Below, in pieces: positions 37,831 through 54,292 of a DNA stretch of 64,000 nt; within the stretch, counting starts at the first letter, position 1, and every line of letters begins with the position of its first letter. The notes under the pieces are model-generated. The model searched no databases and was not told the origin of the DNA. It saw nothing but the letters and a program-made list of their open reading frames with translations. Where the stretch lies: NCBI RefSeq assembly GCF_009914755.1, contig NC_060927.1; one strand, given 5' to 3'. Origin of the DNA: the human T2T-CHM13v2.0 reference genome, Homo sapiens. The translations under genes and the position numbers were made by a program.

Positions 37831-39757
37831 TTAAACTCAAAAATTACATACTATATGATTCTATTTATGTCAAGTCCAAAAGCATTAAAACTAACATATG
37901 ATGTTAGAAGTCAAGATAGTTTCCTTGGGGAGCAGGGATGTGGCTTTAAGGAGGCATTGGGGAGTTCTGGTCTTCTAGTTGCTAATCTGGAAGAGTACTG
38001 ATTACATAGGTTATCCCATTCAAATTCAACAATCTGTGCACCTGTTATTTGTGATTTTTCTCTATAAATATTTATTTCCATAAAATTTCTAATTAAAAAT
38101 TTTTTAAAGCAGAAGAAGAGTTGGTGACCAGAATACCACAGATTGCCAAATTAACTAATTAAAAAACATGTGCAACTAATTATTTAGAATTCAAAATAGA
38201 AAGGATAAAGAACTGAACAACTAAAAGGTTAAAAAAAATGGAGGAAAGATCCAAGAGGAAAAGTATGCTTTTAGTTGAGATTCCAGATGTAGACAAGAGT
38301 CAAGAAATTGACATGTTTAGATATATGCTGTTTGAAATTCAGAATTGCAAAGATAATAAGTGATTTCTACATAGGAAGAACAAAAACAGAAACAAAACAA
38401 CAGGGTACCTAAGATGAAATATATATATCTCTTATTTAGAACAGACTTTATGATGCTCAATTGCAGAACTAAATAAAACTAGCTACAACATTTTGAAAGA
38501 GAGAGAAAAAAGTTACCTTATCATGTATATGTGAAGACAATGGAAGTATATTCTCAGATGTAAATGTACTCAAAAGATACATGACTCACTTAACTCACTG
38601 GAAACAAAGTAGGGGAACAAATACTCCAGCTGCCTGATAAAGGAATCTAAATCAATATCCAAGAGTAGGAAGACATGGTGCAGAAGAGAAACAGCAAACC
38701 ATAAAAACAACCCTCAGTACTCTTAATATAGTTATATATTACTCAGAGATGCATACTCATAGTTAAGCCTTATATTTGACAAATATGTACAGTTTCTCTT
38801 AATTTATTTTATTCTTTCTTTTTAACAAAATTGCATGTTCCTACAAGGCAGAAACCATGGTTTATATGACTTTTCTGTCCTTCCTTGGGCCTGTTGTAGG
38901 ATCAAAGACATGAAATATAGGAATTGGAGAGAACCAAATAGCCACCCAAGTGCTTGGAGAGAACCAAGTAACGATACCAAGCCCCAGTATGGCATGTAAA
39001 TTTTGTCTTGAAGACAAACTCGTCAACAGAAGTGGCTTTTTGGAATGTCATATAGATTGATGTAACTGAGTGTCATGGGCATGATAGGAAGGTTATCTCT
39101 ACAACTAGTTTTTGTAAACCTTCATTTTTCATCTGAAAAGTTGGTACCCCAGAGAGGATGAGGTAAATGCCTTATTTGCAAACTATTCAATCTCTCCCCC
39201 GTGCTTATTAAATATGTTCCATATTTGTCAGCATGACAGTTAAGACCCAGTGTAGTCTTCCTAGGGCTAGGGATATGGGAAGATCCAATAATATCTTTTT
39301 TCAGGTATAATTATTTTCAGACGTAAGGAATTCATTTCTTTTCTTAATTTTCTCCAGAGGCCATTCCAGGTACTTCATTTCTCTGGAAGTTACAGGCATA
39401 ACCCACACTTGATACCTTGAATCATTTCTCTCTAACACACATGCAGATGCATGGGTTAGGTTTGTGAGAACATAAGCCTGTAGATTAAAATGGGGACTAA
39501 GAAATTAAGAGGAAACAAAGCTTAAGCCAAAAGGCTCTCTAGACCAGATCAAGACAGAATCTAGTCTGGAATGTCTATTCGGTCAAACTTTAAGTAAATG
39601 ATCAAAAGTAATTCTATAGGTAAGCTTTAAAAGTTGAGATCGTGGACATGTCAAGTAGAAATAGGAACTCAGTTATGGAAGACCATAGAATAAGTATAGA
39701 AATTCCATACCCTTGGTACTAGGAAATAAGGATAGATTGTATTGAAAAATTAGTTAA

Positions 39758-40086
<329 letters not shown>

Positions 40087-40164
40087 TTATACCTAAATGT
40101 AAGAATAAATAATGTCAATTTAATGGAAATTGTTGATTCAGTGGATTTCTATATAAAATAACAT

Positions 40165-40560
40165 TTATTTAAAAATAAATATTTGTGGTGTTTCCAGTAT
40201 GTATCAGGCATTATTTTGGAAATGAATACATATACATGAAGAATACAATCCCTGACTTCAAGGGATAAGTGAATGAAAGGGTCAGATTACTTTCAGAACA
40301 CAAAGAAATAATCATAATCCATAATTGTGAGGAAACACAGAATGGGGTAGAAATAATTCTGCTGGAGAACCTATGGAAGAATTTATAAAAAAAAGTGACA
40401 CTTGAATTAAATCTTAAATGAGTGGGAATTGTCCAGGATGCAAAATGATGGTGGAAAACATGCAGTCAACAAATGGAAGAGAATGCATGTTCAAAGCTAC
40501 AGAGGTATAAAATATTATGGGAACATAAAGAGCTTACAGGCTGTGAATTAGCAGGAAGCC
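40165..40560 (-). mobile_element. L2 3' region
   Basis: aaatatttg...tatgtatcaggcatt...gtgacacttgaattaaatctt. Confidence 0.6.
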
Positions 40561-40753
40561 TATGGAGAAGAGTATCTTCTTGTTTCCCCTATGCACATGC
40601 TGGAAAAGTAGAACTCAACACCAATTTTACAGTGCTATGATTATAAAGACTTAATTTTAAAGACATGCTGAATGCAGTGTGAAAGCAAGCATTACTGTAT
40701 TCAGGATTTGACTGAAATATCAGTGACCAAACTATTGTATAGAAAGACAATCA

Positions 40754-41071
<318 letters not shown>

Positions 41072-41985
41072 TCAAATGGTGATCCCCATTTATGTGCTTG
41101 CTATCTCTGCAAAGATGCAAAGATTCAGGGACTCTAAGGCTAAGATGATTTATGTTTTCTGTTCTTAGATACTGGCTATGCTTTTCTGTCTATTGGATAT
41201 GAAAGAAAGTGGCAAAGATAAAGCTGGGGGTGTAAACTGGAACCAAATTGCAAAGACTTTAAAATGTCCTGCTGAAGAATGCGCAAATTATTATCCTTAT
41301 CCGTGTTGATGTTTAGGAAAAGAGACTACAGAGAGTTGGCTCTGTGACATACAGAGAGAAGGGAGCCAGAAAGCACAGGGGGCTAACAGAAATATGAGAA
41401 CTTAATGAATCACATTGATAAAGTAAATCCCTATGTATAACAACACTTATTTTGTGATAACATTTATTAAAAACTTTGGAAGAGTCTAGTTACAAACCAG
41501 GGCAGAGAAAGCATCCCTGGCAAAGGCACTGAGAATCTGCACTTAAACCCAAACCAATATAAAGCCAATATCCTGCAGTCCCAGGCTGAAGTGTTTACCC
41601 AAACAATGTCCTAAAAGGACAAGAAGAGTGGAGCTGTGGCTATAGATATCCAAATTAGAGAGACCGAAACCATCAGGCAGGGCCAAGTCCTGTGAAGAAA
41701 CTTTCCCCAAAATAGGGCAGGGAGGTCTGGGAATAGAGACCAGCTCCAGGAAATTGGGCTGACCAGAATAAATAGGAAAATAGCCCACAGAGAGGTGACC
41801 AAAATAATAAGGCAGGGCCCTCTTCCCGCTATTCCCAGGGTCAGAAGTGAGAGTGGGTGGAAGGAGAAATGTTTTGTAACCAAAGGATATGGGCAAATTG
41901 GCTTTTCAGAGTACAATATTTTGACAGACTACTGCCTCTATTGCTGAGTGTTCACAAATTCATTTCTCAGTCAGGAATTAACTAA

Positions 41986-42042
41986 TACTGCGTTTCAGCC
42001 TAGGCAAGAGAGTGAGACCCCATCTCTAAATTTCTTCTTTAA
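41986..42042 (+). mobile_element. Severely 5'-truncated Alu/monomer end
   Basis: cagcctaggcaagagagtgagaccccatctctaaa flanked by aggaatta(a/g)ctaa. Confidence 0.65.
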
Positions 42043-42939
42043 AGGAATTAGCTAAGACTGCGTCTAAGCCAAGTTGAAACACTTCAGGAAATTCTCTCAA
42101 TAGCCAACCGCTCTTGATTTTCTGGGTGTCAAGGGGTAGTGGAGTCACTAGGAATGTTTTGAACTTCATTGTCAGGAGGTGGGATGATGCAGAGGTGAAA
42201 TAACTATACAAGCAAGGTAGTTCTCTCCCTGACCAAGGATGTAGCCAACAGGGCTCTTTAAAACCCAACCATACACATAAAAAAAAGTCTCCTATTCTGG
42301 CTGATATTCACTGGCAATGTGTACATTTAACAGAGACCTCATCAGAAATGTTGATTGGAGCTGAAAGCCATTGTCCTCAGATATGATTTAAATGTAAAAA
42401 AGAGCCAAAGGTTGAGGAGCCTGAAGATCCGAAAGCTTCTGGGACTTCATTAAGAATCTTCTAGGGATGAACACCTTCACTATGTTTCTATAATACAAAG
42501 TTTTCCTCAAAGCTTCTTCACTTATCCTTTGCTTCAAGCATGCCACCCACTCTGACCCAGTTTCTTCCCATTTCCATTTCTCTCCATTTATTCCCTTCAG
42601 TCAGACAACCTGGTTGGACCATCTGCCTGGACATGGATTTAGATTTGCTCTGCATACTACTTCTCTGATGTACCATTTTAGTTGCATATCCTATGACCCA
42701 TGGGCACCCCACTTGCAGTGCCATGGGCAGCTCGAGCTCTCATGACAACACAGCCTTGGTCTATCCTCCTTTGCTTCCACATCTTAGGTGGAAGATCTTA
42801 CAGGCAAGGAAAAATTCATGAAATGTTCCAAACAGAAAGCATCATTAATTGGACCTGCTTTAGTAAATACATGAATTAACATTTTTTCTTGCCAATGACA
42901 GAATTCTAACTTTAACTGGCTTATGCAAAAGAGCAACCT

Positions 42940-43075
42940 CTTTAAGCACTGTTTCTCATCAACTGAGATTTTCATTGGCTCCTACCTCATAGGGATGTTG
43001 TGAGGATCAAATGAGATAAACTATGCAAAACCTGTAGCACACTGCCTGGCACATAGCTGGAATTATATAAAATTA
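42940..43075 (+). mobile_element. MIR
   Basis: cctacctcatagggatgttgtgaggatcaaatgagataa...gcctggcacatag. Confidence 0.8.
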
Positions 43076-43926
43076 GCTACTTATATATCCAACTGTATTC
43101 TGATGGATGGCCAATGATTTTGGAATGTTTGAGAAAAGTAGCTTTTCTCTCACATTAGTTTTCATGCTTCAAGACCTCTTAATTAAAAGCATCTGTGAGA
43201 ACCAAATTGTAGTTTCTGTCCTTGTTTATAGTGTCTTGATTTTGTATCTTATGAGAAAAACTGCTTCTGAACATGCTTGACCACACTAAGGCCAGATTGA
43301 TGCCCTTCCATGTTCTCAGAGCACTCAAATGACTGTTAATCTTCACAGTTATCATTAGGTGAGACAATTGCCTATTTATGGCTCTTTCACAGGCTACAAG
43401 CCTTCTAAAAATTTGTTTGAACCCCACAGAGCTTAGCACAGGGCCTGGCATGTAACAGACTTACACAAAAATATGTGTTGGGTGAATTAATGAATGACTA
43501 GAAGAGCAATTTTTTAGCATTCTGGATATGATACAGAGCTGTAGGGTTGTTTTTGTCTTTTACCTACTGGAGGTATTGTTTTTGTTGTTCCTGGAGATGC
43601 GTTTCACTTAGTTCTAGTACATTATTCTTTAAATATTTTACTGATTTTCATTCGGAAATATTTCATTTAAGGCTTTAAAAATCATTAATGATTAGAGAAA
43701 TGTACATGCCCTTTTTCTTTCAACTTAATAAATAAAATTAGGAATTTATGTATATACTTCATATACATAAATTCAAAACTTGGATTTCAGGGCTCTTAAT
43801 TAAAATCTTTAATTCCATACTTCTGTTAATTTTTAGCATACAAGAAAGCCATATTTCTAAATATATTAACATACATACTTGTTGTATACTATATTATCCA
43901 CATATTATTTTTAAACAATAATATCA

Positions 43927-44105
43927 CTAGGCATGGTGGCTCCTTCCTGTAATCCCAGCACTTTGGGAGGCTGAGGTGGAAGGATCACTTGAGCCCAGAA
44001 GTTCAAGGCTGCAGTGAGCTATCAGCACGCCACTATACTCCAGTATGTACAACAGAGTAAGACCCTATCTCAAAAGAAACAAAGAAACAAACAAAATAAA
44101 AATAA
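43927..44105 (+). mobile_element. Free Alu monomer (FRAM/FAM-like)
   Basis: Single monomer ggatcacttgagcccagaagttcaaggctgcagtgagct with A-rich tail. Confidence 0.85.
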
Positions 44106-45584
44106 AAATATCAATATTACCATGACAAGCACAAAATGAAGATTAAAGTATCTTTATGGTTCTTTCTGTTCTTATAATATATCCCTGCAAGTTTGTATAG
44201 TCAAAACACTGAAGTCACTTGACATAATTATTCTATGTGGTATGCCATCAGTCTAATATACATTTAAGTTTGTTTCAGTTTGTTTTCAATTTGAGGAATT
44301 GCGTTTTATTTATGAAGTATTATTATTTAATTGTGCAAATAATTTTCATTATTTCTAAGTCAAACCCTATACCAAAGTACATTCACTGGAGTCTCCTTTC
44401 CATCCTTAATCATCGCACACTATTCTCTCCTCCCTCTAACAGGCAGCCATTTAAAAATTTTTAGTTTTCATTATTTGAACTAAGTGTATATATACACCTA
44501 TTAATTTTTATGTCTGTATGTATACGTGTGTGTGACTGTGTGGATAAGTGTGTTATATCTACTAATAGTACCACTTTTTGAGATTTCTGAGATGCTTTAA
44601 GATATTCAAGATACAATGCAGAATAGGCAGTTTTGTTTTGTTTTTTTTAAAAAAACAGATTGTTTGAACTTGGAGGTTGTTCTGGGTTCTTGTAGAATCA
44701 AATATACCACAAAGTCAGTATATTTTAAAGCATTATCAGCGAAAAGAGTTTAAAACTAGGACATTTTGTGTGATATGTGGGTTTTAACAAATGGAAGACA
44801 CTCTGGTTTTCCCAAGACCACTAAGGTGCATTTTTAGCTTACAGATGACGAAACTTACCCTTAACTGCAATTTTGGTTCAATGGTTTATTCCTAAGTCCT
44901 TGAGTCTCTTCTTTCTTTGACTTTGTCACTGTTTCTCCTGTTTTTCCAACATATCGATGCTTCTCCAGGGGCAGGGAGCTGTGGTGAAATATGTCAGGTC
45001 TGCCTAAGCTCCATAACTTCTCCCATCACTGTTGTTAGGAACCTCTAGATTCTCTAATTCTTCAATTCTCTTCTCCTGACAAATCTGAATACTTGTTTTT
45101 ATCTGGAGATTTAAGCCCATCTCAGTCTAGGACACAGTCTGAAGGGGAATTATGTTAGAGACTCCTGCATTAAAATGCAGTTGGCTCAGAATCCAGCCTT
45201 TTTCATGCTGTTGGGCTCTGTGCTAGTTTCTCATACTACTTGTCTAATCTCTGGACATTGTCATTTAGATTCCTGACCTCCTGATTGTAGACTGCTCATT
45301 TTTGTCTCCTCCTGTGCATAGTCAACCTGATGACCATCTTGTACTCTGTCCTTGCCATGAGCGTATTATTTCTCCAATGTAGTGCCATATTTTTGCCTAG
45401 TTCAATTCCTTCCTTCTACTGATGGCCCAACGCTGATAACTGGGCAATTGCAAGCATCACCACTCTTAAGCAGGGCTTAATGAGACAATCCTGAGATGGT
45501 TTCAGCACAGATCCAAGGCTTTCTTATGCATACTACAGAGTCTAGAACAATCCCAAATTCTTCTCCATTGCTCCTCAAGTTGGT

Positions 45585-45830
45585 GCTGTGGTAAGAACAT
45601 AGGTTCTGGAATCAGATTACTAGGTTGGGATTTAGTTTCTATCACTTATTAGTGATGAGAACTTGGACAAGTTACTTGATGACTGTGTGCCTCAGTTTCC
45701 TGATCAGTAGAATGAGAATGATAACCGCTTACTTCATAAGGTGACTGTGAGAATTAAACAAGTTGTACATTTAAAAGACTTAGAGCAGTGTTTGGCACAT
45801 AGACAAGCAATAAATAAATGGTAGATATCA
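45585..45830 (+). mobile_element. MIR, near full length
   Basis: ttctggaatcag...ttggacaagttactt...tgcctcagtttcc...tggcacatag. Confidence 0.88.
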
Positions 45831-47927
45831 ATTGTTATAAACATTTTATTATTGTCAAGGGATCATCAAGAATTACAAGAGGTAAAATATTGTGGAGTGC
45901 TTATAAATATATGATTACGAGCCATAGAAAGCCCTAAAGCATAGGTCTCAATTTCATATAGCAGTTAGTCAATCTGTGGGCCAGCTCCACTATTACTTGG
46001 AATACTTCCTTGGAAGAGATTGACTATAATACTTCTTAATTTGAACTTTTTAACTTTTTTTTTGAAAGATGCATAATAAACACCAATATTATTCAAATAA
46101 ACTTAGGAATCATATGTTGTCCAATCACATTATAGCATACTATTCAAAGAAAACACACATTTCCAAAAGTTTAAAGAACAACGCAGTCTGTCATTATCCA
46201 GTTTGGAGCTAACATTTTTAATTGTTTTAAGGTAGATTGTCAATGGCAAATAAGAAAGTTTGAGGTTTCTAACCTCTATTTGGTTGTGACCTCATAGGGT
46301 TTGCTAAAATTCTACTCAATACTGTTCTTCCTTGTATTTAACCCCAAATAAAATCATTTATCAACTGTTAAACATAAGACTTGGATAAGTTTTAATAACA
46401 TTGTCTAAAATAAAAATAAATTTTATGCCTTTATCAGCATGTCAGTTGTGCACATCTGTGATAGCCAAGAAGCTTAAAGAGAAAATCGTTGCCAATAGAT
46501 CTTTCACAATGTTTTGTATAATATACAGGAAAGAACTTTGGCTACCTACATTGTATTTAAGTGGCAATTACAACCAAAATTGGTGTTATATTTTGTAATT
46601 CCCTCCCCATAACCTACTCTACAGCCACTGGCTGCCTGGCCAACAATCTCAGAATGTGCCATCCTGTTTTGAATGGCTCTTTTCTGCACTTAAAATTCTC
46701 TCCTCCCTTTTTTCTGGCTCTAAGAGAAGGCACAAATGACATTTTTTGACTTCCCTGAAAGAAGTAGTTGTTTCTTGTTTTTAATTCATTCAGTTCAGTA
46801 ATTTAACATTCAGCAATTACTTACCATATTCCCAATCTAGGAAAAAGTCATTGTTTCTCTTTCCTCATGTTCTCACTTTAGCTTTGATATAAGGTCCTCC
46901 TATGATCTGCCCTCTTGCAGGCTTCTCCTTACAGAAAGAGGATTGATTTAACATACTGGTGTGATGGGCAGAGCTTCTCACCCTTTTAACCACATTAACC
47001 TCTGAAAGAACGTCTTGCATCAAAGGCAAGGAGGTTGTAGTTATATCTCTGACCCTCATCTGCAATCAAGGAAACTTGAAGCAGGCTGACATTCCCCACA
47101 TGACTGGCTAGGTATCTTTCTGTAGACATAACTCTCCTATAAAGGGGTCCCAAAGTCAAGCAAGTTTAGATGGGGGAATGGGTAGGAAACACATTTTGGT
47201 TTGGGGCCCAAGCTGTGCTTGTCAATCCATCTTTATTATTAATATTATCCCCAATCTGACTCTTCCATTTTTCAGTTGGCTAACAATCTGTAGAGCCAGA
47301 AGAATGTGATTATTTAGGGTTCCCTCAAAACCCTCAGTCTCAGAAACATGAACTCTACTACAGTGAACAATATACATAGTTCTTATACTCAAGAAACTTA
47401 ATATTCGATGGTGTTTTCACAACATTTTGCACCTATCTCCACAACAGAATTCAACAATGAGATTATAATTTTTTGTTTAACTTCTACTTCTTCATCTATA
47501 CCATAAGCAGTGTCAGGCAGGAATGAAATCTTTCTCAACCATACTAACCTCAGAACCTAGCAAACTGGTAGGTGCTAATAGGTGGTTATAAATTGGGTGC
47601 AGATAAAACAATTGCCATGGAATGTTTCACCTGACCAACTTCAAAATAAGGGCCTGATTTTAAAGATTAACCCACAGAACTTATTTTTGAAACTGTAAGT
47701 TGATTTCTAGCACAGGACTTTCAGTTCTCATGTTCTCAGGTTTAGCAAAACTTCTATAAAATAGTACTGTGCTCTCTCACTTGTCATTTTTACTTTGTGG
47801 CCTTTCCTGTTTCTGCCTAAAATAGAACTTTCTAAATTAGTCTATCCTATAAATGTGACTTGGAGTCCTACCACACCTGACTTTGGGTGGGGAAAGATGG
47901 GTTCATAAAGGTTAAGTGGAACACAAG

Positions 47928-48080
47928 ATTCACAAACATCAAAGTGCATACTGATTATCTGAAGATCTTGCTAAAATGTTGATACTTATTTAGCATGTGA
48001 AGGCTGAGATTCTACATACTAACAAGCTCCCAAAGGATTCCCATGTTACTGATTTGAGGGCCATCTTTTGAGTATCAAGA
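47928..48080. mobile_element. MER5-type hAT-Charlie fragment
   Basis: atcttgctaaaatg...gctgagattctaca..taacaagctccca...tttgagtatcaag. Confidence 0.65.
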
Positions 48081-48300
48081 GAGTAGATGACTCACTTTGC
48101 AAACACAGTCATTCATTAATTAAACATTATTTAATCATAATATGCGCCAAACACTGAGCTAAAAAACTGAGGAAGAATGTGACATAGTCCTTGCTCATAA
48201 GAAGCCCACAGTCTAATATTATAGGAAACATAATAAGAAATAAGTGCTATGAATTATACTGAGAGGAAGAGAAGCCACATACTGAAATAAATTGTTTGCC

Positions 48301-48536
48301 AGTGGGAGCTAAACAAATGGCACACATGGATGTAAAGATGGAGAAAATAGACCCTGGAGACTGTGGAGATAGTGGGGAGGAGCTGAGGGTTGAAAAATTC
48401 CTACTGGATACAATGCCCAGTGTTTTGGTGATGGGTATACTACAAGCCCAACACTCACCATTATACATGTAATACCCATGTAACAAACATGCACATATAC
48501 CCCTTGAATCTAAAATTTAAAAAAGAAAAAAAAAAA
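48301..48536 (+). mobile_element. L1PB-type 3' end
   Basis: agtgggagctaaac...acccatgtaacaaacatgcacatataccccttgaatctaaaat plus A tail. Confidence 0.85.
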
Positions 48537-49004
48537 GACTACATGCAATCTAGAAAAAGAGACATATTTGATAAAGGTTGTTATCAAAACTATACAGAGA
48601 ACTCTTAAAATTCAACAAGAAAATGAACAACCCAGTTAAACAATGGGCAAAAGATCTGAACAGACACCTCACTAAAGAGGATACATGGATTACAAATAAC
48701 TATATGAAAAGATGCACAACAGTGTATGTCATTAGGGAATTCCAAATTAAAATAATGAGATACCACTACACACCTATTCGAATGGCAAAATTCCAAAACA
48801 CTGACAACACTAAATGCTGGTTAGGATGTGAAATAACAGTAAGTCTCATTTATTGCCGGTGAAAATACAAAATGGTACAGTTACTTTGGAAGATATTTTG
48901 ACAATTTCTTACAAAACTCAACATACTCTTACCATACAATCCAGCCATCATCCTCCTTGGTATTTACCCAAAGGAGTTGAAAATTGAAATGTGAGTCATA
49001 ACCA

Positions 49005-50045
<1,041 letters not shown>

Positions 50046-50771
50046 TCTAAAACCCTGCACACAAATGTTTAGAGCAGTTTTATTCATAATTGTCAAAACT
50101 TGGAAGCAACAAAAATGTCCTTCAGTAGATGAACAGATAAACTGTGGTACATTCTGACAGTGGAATATTATTCACCATTAAAAAGAAATGAACTATCAAG
50201 CCATGATAAGACATGGGGGAAACTTAAATGCATATTACTAAGTGAAAGAAGCAAATCTGAAAAGGCTACATGGGGCATGATGCCAACTGTACGGCACTCT
50301 GGAAAAGGCAAAGCAATAGAGGCAGTGGTTGTCAGGGGCTTGGAGGGAGTGATAAATGAGTAGAGCACAGAGGATTTTTAGGACAGTGAAACTATTCTGT
50401 AAATCACTATAATGGTGGATACAAGTCATTATACATGTCAAAACCCAAAGAACTGCAAGTGTGAACCCTCATGTAACCCATGAACTTTGGTTGATAATGA
50501 CATGTCAATTCTAGTTACTGATTGTAACAAAGGCACCACTGAAGTACAGGATGTTGATGATGGGAGAAACTGTGCATGTGTGGGGGAAGACGGTATAGAA
50601 ACTCTCAATGCTCACCGCTTAGCTTTGCTGAACCTAAAAGTGCTCTGAAAAAAGTTTATATATTTAGCAAAATAGATATGATCGCGCCAGAGAATTCATT
50701 CTGGGGACTAGATAGTTTTGGTTGGTGCACAAAACTGATCAAATAAACCACATATACCAAACCTAGCCTCT

Positions 50772-50962
50772 ACTAGTTTTCTCAAATTGTGGACACTGGG
50801 AAACATATTAAAATTGGTTGGCATGTCTTTTAAAGATGATGATTAAAGAGCCATTTTCTAGACCTCCTGAATCAGAATTTCTTAGTGCTGCAAGTTAATA
50901 GTCTGCAGTTTAGCAAGTTATTCGGGTCGCTTTTATGTGTCAGGGGGTTTAAGAATCAGTAT
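50772..50962. mobile_element. MER5-type fragment
   Basis: agttttctcaaa...agacctcctgaatcagaattt...tttaagaatcagt. Confidence 0.6.
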
Positions 50963-51838
50963 TCTATTCATGTCCACACATTTTGGGGTACAAAATCAGA
51001 TGCCAAATTGATTTCAAATAAGTTTTAATAACTTTACCTTCTCATTGAGCACAATCACAAGCTTAAAATTTGTGAAAAACCATTAAATTATCTACATATT
51101 CTTTTTCTCAAACCCTCTATAAATTAATGAAATAAGCCATGTAAATAATAGTGAAGTAGAGTCATTTGGGAAAATGCATGTATGTCTCTAACACCATTTT
51201 GAAAAGGAATAAAAACATAAATGATTTGTGATTTTGGCAAACAGTACAAATATATTAATACATCTTAGAGATGAAATCATTATCAGCATTATCTTTACTA
51301 TAAGACATACTAAGGATATTTTAAATAAGACAGAAATATTTTGCTTTTAAGTTTGAGAGAATCATGAAGGAACTGTTCAATTTCGTGTGTTCATCTGATA
51401 AGAGGACAGCTAAATGTATCCTCCCCATATTTCCTGTTTCTATTTTTAAGAATACCACAAGCAGCTATTCTAACATGTCTTTCTTACATAAGTTGTCCAC
51501 AAATGCAGCCTGGCTAAAACAGCCTATCTCGAATTGGTTGCTTGAAATTCTAGGGGTAATTGGCAAAATAACAGTGACTCAAAAGAATATTTGCACCCCC
51601 AAATCTAAGGAGCTAAAACTTAATGCCAGTGTTACTTAAGAAAATCTCTCCACCACAAAACCTCAGTTTTGTCTTTTTGTATATATACCCCACTTGTATT
51701 CTAAACTCCATAATTTCACATATTATTTTCTTTAATGACCCATTTACTCTAGTATTTTGAGCTTCATAAGCAAACTGAAAATATAATGTCAATTTGATCA
51801 GTTTCTCGTGCACCATTTCTGTTGTCACCCACCCCACC

Positions 51839-51840
<2 letters not shown>

Positions 51841-51871
<31 letters not shown>
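51841..51871 (+). repeat. (AC)15 microsatellite
   Basis: Perfect dinucleotide run. Confidence 0.97.
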
Positions 51872-51872
<1 letters not shown>

Positions 51873-53999
51873 CACATTCCTTTGTGCAGCAGCTCAGCTC
51901 ACATATTTGTTGAAATGGATTTTAACCTTTGCTATCCACTTTGTATGAAGACTATTACATTATTCAGTAGCAGCACCTGAGAATTCGAATAGCCTCAAAC
52001 TGTTGAATAAAATTATAGGCTATTTTTGAAATAGTTTAACTCAAGTACTTTGGAAAGTCCAAAAATCTGAATCCATCTTTTGCTATACTCTTAAGTGGCT
52101 GCAACCTCAGTATTTTAAAATAAATGATTAGCAAACTAAAATATGTCACTACAGATGATTTGCCCTGATTCCTTAGTAAGAAGAACAGCAAGATGCAGAT
52201 GTGGTGAATGAAAGCAAATTGACCCCTACAGACCAATTAAATATTCTGGGTTTTCCTCCATTCCATTAATTGCACTTTAACTTGCTATCAAGTCAAGCAT
52301 GAAGCAGTTTAAGCTATCTTCACTTGCCCAGTGATACCTATTCTGACTAACTTTTAAACTATTCAGATGCCCATAAGTATATTAATTCAGCAGCATTATG
52401 TCACATTCCTATCCATTAGTCTATGTGACCCAGTGAGTCTCTACTTTCCTCATAAATGTGCTATACGTTGACTGCTCCATTAATACCTATATTTGCTTAT
52501 CAATCTAACAGAGTAGATATAAGCATTTGTTTGCCAGGTATGTGGAACATCTACCCTATATCCAATTGGTATATTCTATATTTTTATTGCACCATTTATT
52601 ATTTTCATTTTCTTACATCAAGCCTAAAATGATTTCTCCTTTGCATTTAAGAAACACCATTCTTAGACTGACACAGCAAAAATTTCTTATTTTGGAAGAC
52701 TGACTTGAAATATACAATCATTACTGTATTTATGGTTGGTTAGTCAAATTGGGACATTTTGTTTTCAAGAGTGTGTAGTGAACTGATGCAGGTAACACAA
52801 ACCTCTTTTCCCTACAAGTCTTTCCAATAGCTTCAAAGGCAAGATCGAGTTTGTATATTGGGTAAAATGTAGCTAAGTTTAAACGTTCTACTATTCTGCT
52901 ACTCATGATGTCAACCAGTTTTGGAGAGATTTTGTTATTCAAGGCTATAATATAAAAAGCTCCCAAATAAGTTTCTGAGAGAAATTTTAATCATTTATCC
53001 TATGGACCCTTAAGACCCAAGCACTAACATGAACATTTCTAAAGTAAAAATTCTCAAATTGAGAAATATTATTTGACATCCTGTTGAGCCCAGACAATGA
53101 TGTCAACATGCTGATCATTCAGTGGTCCCTGTTGGAGTCAGAAACAGACTTAACTCCTCACACATATGGATGCATATTCTGTTGGTGCTTCTTTTACATT
53201 TCTTGCCAGTCTTGAGTTCAGTCCAATGACAGAATGGTTCAGGGAAGCATAAACAATGCCTGGTTTGTTTTCTTCCAGGCATGGATTAGAATAAACTTCA
53301 GACCCTTCCTGCATCCTGAAACAAAGGTCAGGGTCATTATCATAAATTCCAGTTTCTGATAGCAGTACTTGGGAATTTTGCCTGGTGCTTGCTTCTGTTT
53401 GCTCACTCTTAAGGTGAGCATCAACCTACAATAGAAAAAAAGATGGTTTTAAGTGACACTTACGGCCATGGTAGTGCATATTCATTAGCAAACTATGAAT
53501 GAAAAGCTTAAATGGAGTCATGTCCATTGTGAGAAATAATCTACTGTTCCTCACATACTCTGCTGACATCTACACTTTCAGCTAAATTTCAATTATTAAA
53601 GGATGAAAGGCTTGAGAATCACTATGTCACCCCTAAATAGTTATTTTGTGCTTTATTACTGGTCACTTTTGAGGTCACAGAACATTTTTTAATCCCCCTT
53701 CAAGATAAAAAGCATAGCCCAAATTGATGGAAAAAGCAAAAAATATCCTATGAAAACTTCAGGCAGTTTATAACATGATGAATAGTATTTAATGCAGTTT
53801 AGAATAAAAAGATTAAGGATAAAGCAGAACAAATACCCCCTAAGAGGGCAGAAACAATAAATATTATGAGTTAGCCAAGATATATTATTATAATTTGAGA
53901 CCTTAAATTAAAAAATTGATGTCAGTTTTGGAAAGATAAAGCTTAGAAAAAGTTCCAAAACAGTATTCCAGTTGTTATTCCTATCAAAAGAAAATTCTT

Positions 54000-54292
<293 letters not shown>

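Larger units (their letters stand above)
36620..38100 (+). mobile_element. L1ME 3' region, split by a THE1 LTR and an LTR47-like LTR
   Basis: ccagcaatt...aacagaaatg...cccaaactggaaacaa before 37000; tacatactatatgattctatttat...gttagaagtcaagatag after 37830. Confidence 0.7.

Noticed and set aside
53426-53463. Minus-strand GT-AG intron
   Set aside because: Donor and acceptor are only ~38 nt apart, too short for a human intron, and no coding frame supports an exon
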